From: Geotalea daltonii FRC-32
Lineage (GTDB): Bacteria > Desulfobacterota > Desulfuromonadia > Geobacterales > Geobacteraceae
DNA length: 32,000 nucleotides
Assembly (NCBI RefSeq): GCF_000022265.1
Contig: NC_011979.1
Location: 1,170,001-1,202,000 of the forward strand
Direction of reading: 5' to 3'
Shown here: positions 8,485-16,126 of the stretch, piece by piece
How positions within the stretch are numbered: the first letter of the stretch is position 1
Layout of the letters: the number at the start of each line of letters is the position of its first letter
Translations under genes and position numbers: made by a program
The notes under the pieces: model-generated
The model's input: the letters and a program-made list of their open reading frames with translations, nothing else
What the model was told of the DNA's origin: nothing
Databases searched by the model: none

Positions 8485-9882
8485 ATGAAAGAAAAGTGCA
8501 TGAAAGTAGTTGCCACATTCGTTGCTTTTGGTGCGTTAGTTGCCTCACCCCCTGCGGAAGCACAGAATCAGGCAGAGCAGCTGCAGATCGTGCAGGAAAA
8601 TGCCCAAAGCAAAATCAAAGAGGGGGCGGAGATATTCCGCTTTGACACCTTTGGTGATGAGCAGTTCTGGGGGGGGAAACTCAAGCTTCATCGCGCCATA
8701 GCCGGGGCAAATTTGGGAGGAGTGGGCAGTGGACTCACCCCCAAAACGGCCCTGGACCTGGGACTGAAAGTGGATGTGCATGCCCTCCCTGACACATTGG
8801 TGCAAAGGCTGCGTGCCGGCACGGTTGATCTAGCCGATCCGGCGACCACACTTGCGCTTCTGAAGCTGAATGCAGTGGTTGGGGTAAAGGGCGTTTTCTC
8901 TGGCGACCGGCTGTCGTCGGTGGGTATTACCTGTGCCCTGTGCCATTCCACCGTCGATAACTCGCTGACATTCGGCATCGGCCGGCGCCTGGACGGCTGG
9001 GCCAATCATGATCTGGATGTGGGAAAGATCGTCGCACTGGCTCCCGACCTCTCGCCCTTTGTCGAGCTGCTGAAATCCGCCCCTGGCAGTGAACAGATCA
9101 CCCAGCAGGATGTACGCAGGGTCCTGAGGGCATGGGGGCCTGGAAAATTCGATGCAGAGCTGATCCTGGATGGTAAAGGGTTCAGGCCCGATGGGGCTAC
9201 GGCAGCGACCCGGATTCCCAATGCTTTCGACATGGCAGGTTTCAACCTTCATACCTGGACTGGCGCCTGGGGGTCGGTCCCTTACTGGAATGCATTTGTT
9301 GCCGTTCTGGAAATGCACGGAGTGGGGAATTTCTTTGATCCACGCCTGGATGATACGGGGCAGTTCCCTGACATCGCCTCACGATTCCCGGTGGCAGTGG
9401 CCAACAAACTCGGTCATGTGACGGTGGACCCTGACAAGGACCTGGTTACCAGTAAACTGCCGGCCCTGCATCTCTATCAACTGGCGCTACCCTCACCCCA
9501 ACCGCAAGCGGGGGTTGATTTCAACGGGGAGGCTGCCAAGCGCGGGGATGAGTTGTTCAGCGGCAAGGCGAAGTGTACCAACTGCCATAAGGAGCCTCTA
9601 TGGACAGAGCCTGGATGGAATGCACACCGGGCTGAGGACATCGGCATAGACAGCTTCCAGGCCGATCGCTCGCCGGATAAGGTCTACAAGACAATGAATC
9701 TGGCGGGGCTGTTTATTAGGGAAAACGGAAAGTTCATGAAGGCGGAGAACAAGGGCAGATTCTACCACGACGGCAGATTCAAAACTTTGCTCGACGTGGT
9801 CAATCATTACAATACCTTCTTCAACCTTGCCCTGACTGCTGATGAAAAGCGGGATCTGGTCGAATACCTGAAATCGCTCTAG
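8485..9882 (+). CDS. Secreted di-haem c-type protein, cytochrome c peroxidase/MauG superfamily-like
   Basis: Signal peptide (VVATFVAFGALVASPPAEA). Two CxxCH motifs (CALCHS, CTNCHK). The C-terminus FYHDGRFKTLLDVVNHYN...LTADEKRDLVEYLKSL resembles the CCP/MauG C-terminal haem domain. Confidence 0.75.
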   Translation: MKEKCMKVVATFVAFGALVASPPAEAQNQAEQLQIVQENAQSKIKEGAEIFRFDTFGDEQFWGGKLKLHRAIAGANLGGVGSGLTPKTALDLGLKVDVHALPDTLVQRLRAGTVDLADPATTLALLKLNAVVGVKGVFSGDRLSSVGITCALCHSTVDNSLTFGIGRRLDGWANHDLDVGKIVALAPDLSPFVELLKSAPGSEQITQQDVRRVLRAWGPGKFDAELILDGKGFRPDGATAATRIPNAFDMAGFNLHTWTGAWGSVPYWNAFVAVLEMHGVGNFFDPRLDDTGQFPDIASRFPVAVANKLGHVTVDPDKDLVTSKLPALHLYQLALPSPQPQAGVDFNGEAAKRGDELFSGKAKCTNCHKEPLWTEPGWNAHRAEDIGIDSFQADRSPDKVYKTMNLAGLFIRENGKFMKAENKGRFYHDGRFKTLLDVVNHYNTFFNLALTADEKRDLVEYLKSL

Positions 9883-9898
9883 GGCTGGTTTGAATTGT

Positions 9899-9925
9899 CA
9901 AGGTTGCGTCCCCGGCGCAGCCTTG
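9899..9925. terminator. Hairpin between convergent genes (possible bidirectional terminator)
   Basis: caaggttgcg-tccccgg-cgcagccttg: a 10-bp stem (one G-U pair) with a 7-nt loop. There is no clear T-run. Confidence 0.35.
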
Positions 9926-9975
9926 ATTATCAGCTACATGGGAAAAGGGCAGGGTAGAGGCACAAGACTATGACC

Positions 9976-11304
9976 TCAGACGCGGCGGATTTTGCCTGAT
10001 TTCTGGCGGTGTTTCTTACCCGGTTTTTTGGCCGGCTGGTGATGTGAGCGTGCCTGGGAGGCATAGGCAAGCAGCCTGACCTTGGTTTTTCGTGCCGGCG
10101 GCTTTACCGTGGCCAGGGCCGGACGCATGAGCTCGGCGGTTATTCGTGCCACTTCCAGAGGCCCTGTCAGGCGCAGCAGGTCGTCGGCTACGGTGAAGGA
10201 TGCTGCGGCAATGGTGGAGATATCGCGCCTCAACTGGTTGAAGGTGCTTGTGTCCCGGTAGTTCAGGCGATTGGTCAAAACAATGACAAACAGGTCCTGC
10301 TTGGGATCGATCCAGATGGAAGAGCCACTGTAGCCGGTGTGCCCAAAGGAGACCTCGGAAAACAGGGACCCTTTCGGCGCCGAAAAGGGGGATTCGATGT
10401 CCCATCCCAACCCTCGTACGACCCTGCCGTTGGAGTAGAAGTAGGGGGCGGTCATTTGATTGACCACTCTCTCTGAAAGAACTCGTTTGCCTTCGATCGT
10501 GCCACTGCCGAGAATAAGCCTGGCAAAGCGGGCCAGATCGTTCCCTGAGCTGAAAAGGCCTGCATGCCCGGCGACGCCGCCGAGACGGCGGGCATTCATG
10601 TCCTGAACGACACCCCCCGTAAATCCAAGGGTCGGAGCAATGACGTCGGTCATTTCCCTGGGTGGAAGAAACATGGTGGCACTATTGCCAAGGGGGGCAA
10701 ACAGCTCGTCGTGGCAGAAGACATCCAGCGTCTTTCCCGAGACCCGGTGCACCAGCTCTCCAAGAAGTATGAAGTTGATGTCGGCATAATTGAAGCTGGT
10801 GCCGGGGCGGGAATGGGTTTTTTCGGCCGCGGCCCTGTTAATGGCTGCCTTCATGGCATCGCCGCTGCTCAGATCGAAATCTCTGAGCCCCGAGGTGTGA
10901 GTCAGCAGGTTGAGAATGGTGGCATCCTCACGGTCGGTGCCGACGAATTCGGGAAACCAGCGGGTCAGAGGGTCAAGGAGAGATATCTTGCCCTGATCCA
11001 GCAGTTTCATCACTGCCGGGGTGGTTGCTATGACCTTTGTCAAGGATGCCAGATCGAAGACAGTGCGATCAGTCAGATTGTCTGAGCCGGCTCTGTTGAT
11101 TTCACCTCTGGCGGTGCTGTAGAGGATGCCGGCATGGTCTCCGATGACGACGACCCCGCCTGAGATCAGGTTCTTGTCCATGGCCCGTTCCAGGAGCAGG
11201 TCTATGGTGCCTGAACGGCTGGCGTCAAGCTGTTCACCCCATGCAGTACAAAGGGTGATACAGGAGAGGAAGAGGGCGATAAGACAGATTCGGATGAGGC
11301 GCAT
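9976..11304 (-). CDS. Serine hydrolase of the beta-lactamase / penicillin-binding-protein fold (class C-like), secreted, with a basic C-terminal tail
   Basis: Signal peptide MRLIRICLIALFLSCITLCTAWG. SxxK active-site motif (DLASLTKV). YxN-like motif (FNYADINF). HTGYSG near the C-terminal part. Confidence 0.8.
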   Translation of the reverse strand: MRLIRICLIALFLSCITLCTAWGEQLDASRSGTIDLLLERAMDKNLISGGVVVIGDHAGILYSTARGEINRAGSDNLTDRTVFDLASLTKVIATTPAVMKLLDQGKISLLDPLTRWFPEFVGTDREDATILNLLTHTSGLRDFDLSSGDAMKAAINRAAAEKTHSRPGTSFNYADINFILLGELVHRVSGKTLDVFCHDELFAPLGNSATMFLPPREMTDVIAPTLGFTGGVVQDMNARRLGGVAGHAGLFSSGNDLARFARLILGSGTIEGKRVLSERVVNQMTAPYFYSNGRVVRGLGWDIESPFSAPKGSLFSEVSFGHTGYSGSSIWIDPKQDLFVIVLTNRLNYRDTSTFNQLRRDISTIAAASFTVADDLLRLTGPLEVARITAELMRPALATVKPPARKTKVRLLAYASQARSHHQPAKKPGKKHRQKSGKIRRV

Positions 11305-11434
11305 GATGGACCCTCTCGCAGCAGTTCAACTGGATCGTTTTACTTTTAAGGCTTTGGATCGAGATGAACTGAACTCCTCATCCCGCAATATTTTGTGGAA
11401 AGCAATTTCCGGGCCGGAAGGTTTTCGGCACCGC

Positions 11435-11449
11435 TGGCTACCTGCTGGC
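11435..11449 (+). promoter_or_regulatory. Weak sigma54-like -24/-12 element (TGGCTA-N5-TGGC)
   Basis: GG at 11436-11437 and GC at 11448-11449 have the canonical spacing. It lies about 200 nt upstream of the M23 gene. Matched by eye only. Confidence 0.2.
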
Positions 11450-11549
11450 GATTATACAGGAACACCCGTGGCCATCAGGTGACCGCCATCACATTTTTCC
11501 CTGCAAGGCTGACAAATAAAGTCAATTTCCACGCATCGTCAAAGAACAA

Positions 11550-11594
11550 GCCAGTGCGCCTTTCACTGGCAGTGGCGTCCCTGTCTGGTATAAT
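11550..11594 (+). promoter_or_regulatory. Putative sigma70 promoter CTGGCA-N17-TATAAT with a 7-bp hairpin overlapping the -35
   Basis: CTGGCA at 11566-11571 and TATAAT at 11589-11594. Hairpin gccagtg-cgccttt-cactggc at 11550-11570. The same CTGGCA-N17-TAYAAT architecture occurs at 27034-27062. Confidence 0.45.
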
Positions 11595-11655
11595 ACGGGT
11601 AATTACAACATCCTGCAGGCGTCCATCTCAATCGCCAACAGCAAAAGAGGTAATA

Positions 11656-12972
11656 ATGAACAGGCTGACTCTTATCCTTCCCGTATTCTTTCTCGTTGTC
11701 ATTGCTGTCGCGCTCTTCTATTTCCTGGGATCGCCGGCTCCGGCCGTGTCCCTTACTCCGGAAAGCGGGCCGATTGCCATCAGGCGGGACCTTACGGTTA
11801 AGCTGGATGCAGGGCGAGGGGTGCTGAAGCGGCTGACCATTGCCGCCGTTCAGGGTGAAAAAACGGTCAATGTGCTGGTCAAGGATTACCCCGGAAAGTC
11901 ACAACAAGCCACGGAAACCGTCAACCTGCTCCGGTCAGGCCTGAAAGAGGGACCGTTCACTCTGCAGGTGAGGGCGACCAACTCCGCTCCGCGATTCGGC
12001 GCTGACCGAACCACAAGCAAACAATTTGCCTTCACCTTCGAAAACAAGCCTCCGGCAGTGGCTGTACTGAGCATTGCCCATAACATTACCCGCGGCGGAG
12101 CGGGGCTGGTGGTTTACACCGTAGCGAAAGAGGTGGAAAAGACGGGGGTTGTTATCGGCAATCAGTTTTATCCCGGCTACCGCCAGGGGGGAGAATACTA
12201 CACTTGTCTCTTTCCGTTTCCCTATGACATGGACCTCAACCAATTCATTCCAAGAGTCACGGCGGTGGATAGAGCCGGCAACGAGCGGGTGGTGGGGATC
12301 AATTATCACCTTATCGACAAGAATTTTCCGCCTGACCGCATCAACCTGACTCCGGCTTTTGTGGATAAGATCGCTGCCGAGTTCAGGGACAGGGATCCCC
12401 AGGCTACATCCTCCCTGGAACTGTTCCTCAAGGTAAACGGCGAAGTGCGCGCCCAGGACCGCAAGACGATTCAGGACCTGAGCCGTCAAACTTCGCCCGT
12501 TCCACTCTGGGAAGGCATCTTTCTGCGCATGCCGAACGCCGCCCCCCTGGGTGGCTTTGCCCAGACCCGCACCTATGTCTATGAAGGGAAAGAGGTGGAT
12601 ACCCAGACCCATCTCGGTTTCGACCTGGCCTCACTGGCCCATGCAGAGGTCCCGGCAGCCAACCGGGGCAAGGTTGTGTTTGCCGGTGACCTGGGCATTT
12701 ACGGACAGTGCATCATCATCGACCATGGCATGGGGCTGCAGACCATCTATGGGCACCTGAGCCGGATCGGAGTCAAGGAGGGAGACAACGTGGAAAAGGG
12801 GCAGATGATTGGCAACACCGGGGCCACCGGCATGGCTGGCGGGGATCATCTGCACTTCGAGGTGGTGGTTTCGGGACAGTCGGTCAATCCCATCGAGTGG
12901 TGGGACCCATCCTGGATCAAAAACAACGTCAGCAGCAAATTGGAGCTGGTGAAAACGCCGGCGGGGAAGTAG
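11656..12972 (+). CDS. Membrane-anchored M23-family metallopeptidase
   Basis: SD AAAGAGG then ATG 11656. N-terminal TM segment (LTLILPVFFLVVIAVALFYF). HxxxD (THLGFDLA) and HxH (GGDHLHFEVV) motifs. The listed start at 11395 has no support. Confidence 0.85.
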   Translation: MNRLTLILPVFFLVVIAVALFYFLGSPAPAVSLTPESGPIAIRRDLTVKLDAGRGVLKRLTIAAVQGEKTVNVLVKDYPGKSQQATETVNLLRSGLKEGPFTLQVRATNSAPRFGADRTTSKQFAFTFENKPPAVAVLSIAHNITRGGAGLVVYTVAKEVEKTGVVIGNQFYPGYRQGGEYYTCLFPFPYDMDLNQFIPRVTAVDRAGNERVVGINYHLIDKNFPPDRINLTPAFVDKIAAEFRDRDPQATSSLELFLKVNGEVRAQDRKTIQDLSRQTSPVPLWEGIFLRMPNAAPLGGFAQTRTYVYEGKEVDTQTHLGFDLASLAHAEVPAANRGKVVFAGDLGIYGQCIIIDHGMGLQTIYGHLSRIGVKEGDNVEKGQMIGNTGATGMAGGDHLHFEVVVSGQSVNPIEWWDPSWIKNNVSSKLELVKTPAGK

Positions 12973-13333
12973 GCATCTCTGAAAAGTTCATGCTTTTACT
13001 TCTGTTTGGCGGACATCCCAATCATATTTCGGAGCCGCGTTGTTGCAAATGTATTTCCCGGCCCTTAATTGAACAGGCTAGCGCAAAAGATAGACCAATC
13101 AATCCGGCACATAAATAGGAATTTTTTTAAGAGTTATAGTGAAAAGCAGGAAGGAAAGAGTCAAAAAAGTGGTATAGGTGATTTCCGGCTCGGTAGAATT
13201 AGAAAGTGATAACTGCGCCTGAGAAAGGCGGTATTATCATGGACAAGGTAATTCTAGGCAAAAATATTAGTTTCATTTTCCGTTGCGGCTCGGACACTCA
13301 CTTCCGAAGCTACGGCAACCGTCCCATTTAAGG

Positions 13334-15280
13334 CTACCATACGTAATCCCTAGCAGTGCCCCGCTTGTCATGCCCATAGAGAACATGAAAGATCCGCAGT
13401 CGCTTCAGCTTCACCGGCGATAGGGAACCAAGGGGAATATAGACGATCTTCTTCCCCAGCCGGGCGGCAATCTGCCGGAAATAACTGCGCGGCGGGCGGG
13501 CTGCCACATAGACCACGTGCTTTTCCGGTGAATAGTCCAGGGCTGCCAGCAGCAGGACCTCCGACTTGCATCGGGCAAAGGCATAATCGCCATCGCTCCA
13601 CACGTCGAGCATCCTTCGTGGCGGATAGGAAAGGAGAAAGCCGCCGTATTCGCAGCGGCAGATGCCGGGGCCGACGATGTTGTCATCGGGTGACGTGGCA
13701 TAGAAAGCCATGTCCGATTCCTGGGCATGTTCCCCCAGCCAGGTCATGTGGTAGGGGAACCGCTGGTTGCCGCTGTCTTCATGGAAGATCACCACCACTC
13801 CGCCGACGCCCCCCTTGACCCTCTGGTTTTCCCGCACATAGATCCTCCCCTCGTGCAGGTTGCGCAAGGTCTCGCGCATATCGATGCCGTCCAGCATGGA
13901 TGCCGAGAAGGGCTCGACCCGGTTTTGCTCTTCCGAGAGCTGCTTTGCCCCCTTCTGTTTGAGAAAACGGCCATAGTCCTCGATGATGAGATCTTCCGGC
14001 GGATAGGAGCAGATGGACTGGTTGTCGAATCCCTCCAGCCACTCGCCGGGACGCTTCTCCTTCTTTCGCCTGAGAAAGGCCAGCGGCGACAGCCCCTTGC
14101 CCCGGCGCTGTTCCCGAGGTCTAAACCTGATGCGGCGACTCCCCGACCAGAGGTCCTCGGGTGTCAGCCGGACGGTGGGGATGTCGCTTTCCTCCTGCTG
14201 CCACATTGGATAAGTGGCCAAGCGGTAAAAGGCGTAGGCAAAATTGTCGTCGATGCAGGAACGGGCGGCGGTGAGCATCTGGAACAAGTCGGGGAGAAGG
14301 CTGCCGCCAGCCAGGGCATAATTGCGGGCAAAACGGAAAAAGGCCCGCTTCTGCCAGATGTGGATCGACTCGCCGGTTTCCTGCCGGTAATGGCGGGCCG
14401 CTTCCTGGAAGAGGCGGAGCATGATCCGCTGGCGGTCGGGCATTTCTCCCTCACCTCCCACGTGGCGGACGCTTCGCAACACCGCCTGGCGCAACGCCTC
14501 CTCTTCCGGAATCTCCGTTTTTCCGCCGATCAGCTCCAGGGCGTTAAAGCGTTTGCGCAAGGACAGGTTTGACGGTTCCGGCTCGGGAGGGAGTGGGCCG
14601 CGGCGAAGGTCATACATCGCGGAAAGGAAAGGATATTCGGCCAGGATCTCCCTGCAGGAGTCGGGATGGAGATTCCAGAGGCGGACATCGTCCCGGCGCA
14701 CCCGTGACAATGGCGCTGCCTGGGGCCGCTCGTAAAATTCCCTAACCCGCTCCAGATGATACATGCCGCAGATGAAGAGAATCCGCCCATGTTCCTTTGC
14801 CAGCTGCTGCAGCTGAAAGGTCATTCCCTTTTCCCGCAGCAGGTCTTCTTTGCCCGGCGGAATGCTGCCGGCCTTCCTGAATTCGTCGTAGTATGCCTTC
14901 AACCCCAGGCGATGAACGGCGTAGGAATCAGGCAGCGCTCCCTGGTGGGGTGGGTAGTCGTCCAGGTCGATGTCCACCAGATGCAGCGGGATATCCTGCT
15001 CAAGAGCGAGCCTTGCTGCCTCTACCAGGGGATCGGCTGGCTCGATGACAAGGTATACGGTGCCTCCCTTGGATTCGTAACTGAGAACGGAGATTTCCGG
15101 TAGCCGTCGAATAGTGCGCAGCAGGTGGGATTTCAGAGTCGGTGGAAGTTCGATGCAGATGCAGTCAGGCTTAAGTCGGGCCACCGCTTCGCGCACCAGG
15201 TGGGCGAACTCCATCCGGTAGTGGAGAATGGGAAGGGCAGATACGGGGCCGAACTGTTCAAGATGGAGTCTGTGGGCCAT
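13334..15280 (-). CDS. 648-aa protein of unknown function with a TraB/GumN/ChaN-like N-terminal domain
   Basis: Long ORF with uniform coding-like composition. The N-terminus fits the TraB/PrgY/GumN pattern: H..(x)..VREAVARLKPDCICIELPP near the start and REKGM..QLQQLAKEHGRILFICGMYHLERV about 150 aa later. I recognise nothing in residues 200-648. Confidence 0.8.
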   Translation of the reverse strand: MAHRLHLEQFGPVSALPILHYRMEFAHLVREAVARLKPDCICIELPPTLKSHLLRTIRRLPEISVLSYESKGGTVYLVIEPADPLVEAARLALEQDIPLHLVDIDLDDYPPHQGALPDSYAVHRLGLKAYYDEFRKAGSIPPGKEDLLREKGMTFQLQQLAKEHGRILFICGMYHLERVREFYERPQAAPLSRVRRDDVRLWNLHPDSCREILAEYPFLSAMYDLRRGPLPPEPEPSNLSLRKRFNALELIGGKTEIPEEEALRQAVLRSVRHVGGEGEMPDRQRIMLRLFQEAARHYRQETGESIHIWQKRAFFRFARNYALAGGSLLPDLFQMLTAARSCIDDNFAYAFYRLATYPMWQQEESDIPTVRLTPEDLWSGSRRIRFRPREQRRGKGLSPLAFLRRKKEKRPGEWLEGFDNQSICSYPPEDLIIEDYGRFLKQKGAKQLSEEQNRVEPFSASMLDGIDMRETLRNLHEGRIYVRENQRVKGGVGGVVVIFHEDSGNQRFPYHMTWLGEHAQESDMAFYATSPDDNIVGPGICRCEYGGFLLSYPPRRMLDVWSDGDYAFARCKSEVLLLAALDYSPEKHVVYVAARPPRSYFRQIAARLGKKIVYIPLGSLSPVKLKRLRIFHVLYGHDKRGTARDYVW

Positions 15281-15333
15281 GATTTTTAGATCTTCGCATA
15301 TTAGTTTCGAAATGCAAACTAGATAGTTTTCAT

Positions 15334-15456
15334 CCGGAAAGGGTTCTTTTCTGCCCTGGCGGCGTCAATCTGCGGGCTTACTTGTGCGACGTACCGATGT
15401 ACGTCTCCGCGCAACCCCTTGATTTCCTTGCCAGAACAAAAAATCCCCTCTTTCCG
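15334..15456. repeat. About 120-nt imperfect inverted repeat / long hairpin in the spacer upstream of the 648-aa gene
   Basis: Outer arms 15334-15360 (ccggaaagggttcttttctgccctggc) and 15430-15456 (gccagaacaaaaaatcccctctttccg). Central perfect hairpin gacgtac-cgat-gtacgtc (15388-15405), extended by 5 further pairs after a 3-nt bulge. Confidence 0.6.
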
Positions 15457-15476
15457 AATCGGAACCACCAGTTTCT

Positions 15477-15495
15477 CATCCGGAGTTTCCGGATG
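15477..15495. repeat. Palindrome CATCCGG-agttt-CCGGATG (site A)
   Basis: Perfect 7-bp arms, 4 nt downstream of the cNMP-binding gene stop (15500-15502). The arms are identical to the palindrome at 21017-21035. Confidence 0.85.
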
Positions 15496-15499
15496 GGAA

Positions 15500-16006
15500 C
15501 TAGATATATTCGGCTAATGCGCCGCTGGTCTGGCGCAAGCGCTGGCTGAGAACGCGGGCGATTTTCTCTGCCAGCTTCCCGTAAAGCCTTGGGTGAACCT
15601 CGGCAAGGTCACGGAAGCCTGCCAGCTTAAGGACCAGAAGAGTTGCATCACTGCGGGCAATCATTGTAGCGGAACGCGGCTCTCCGTCGATAAGGGACAT
15701 CTCACCGATGGTTTTCCCCCTGCTGATGCTGGTCAGCACCTTGGCGCAGCCGCTGGAATCCTCCTTTACCACATCGATAACGCCATCGCAGATGAGACAA
15801 AGAAAGACCTCCCGGTCTCCTTCCCTGCAAACAGCCGTTCCAGCGGGGATCTTGTATGGGGACATGTAAGAGGCAAGTGCCATAATCTCGGGCCAACCGA
15901 GATCAGACAGCCACTGGTTCCGTTCCAGTTCCTCCCCCCTTCGCTCAAGGGGCCAGAAAAGCTCTTCGCATCCAAATAGAATTGCATCAGACGGACTTTT
16001 ATCCAT
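15500..16006 (-). CDS. Stand-alone cyclic-nucleotide-binding (cNMP/CAP-effector) domain protein, no HTH
   Basis: FLCLICDGVIDVV...GKTIGEMSLIDGEPRSATMIARSDATLLVL is a typical cNMP-binding beta-barrel signature. ATG 16006 is preceded by GGGGGA; the alternative TTG at 16090 has a poor SD. Confidence 0.75.
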   Translation of the reverse strand: MDKSPSDAILFGCEELFWPLERRGEELERNQWLSDLGWPEIMALASYMSPYKIPAGTAVCREGDREVFLCLICDGVIDVVKEDSSGCAKVLTSISRGKTIGEMSLIDGEPRSATMIARSDATLLVLKLAGFRDLAEVHPRLYGKLAEKIARVLSQRLRQTSGALAEYI

Positions 16007-16126
16007 GACAAATCCCCCATTATTTCCTGCCGAATCGATGCCGGTCCTTCTCACGGTGGATCTTCCTGCATCCGTGATTGATGCCTTCAATTCACCTGAT
16101 GACCTTGCCTGAAAGAGCTTTCTCCA

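Noticed and set aside
8292-8516. 74-aa minus-strand ORF spanning the sfsA / di-haem spacer.
   Set aside because: It overlaps the AT-rich promoter and the start of the di-haem gene. It has low-complexity composition, no SD and no recognisable motif.
13334-15280. The 648-aa protein as the missing VWA/MIDAS partner (NorD/CbbO-like) of the 271-aa AAA+.
   Set aside because: No DxSxS MIDAS motif or VWA-like beta-alpha pattern was found; the nearest look-alike, VVVIFHEDSGNQ, does not fit. It is also separated from the ATPase by three unrelated genes.
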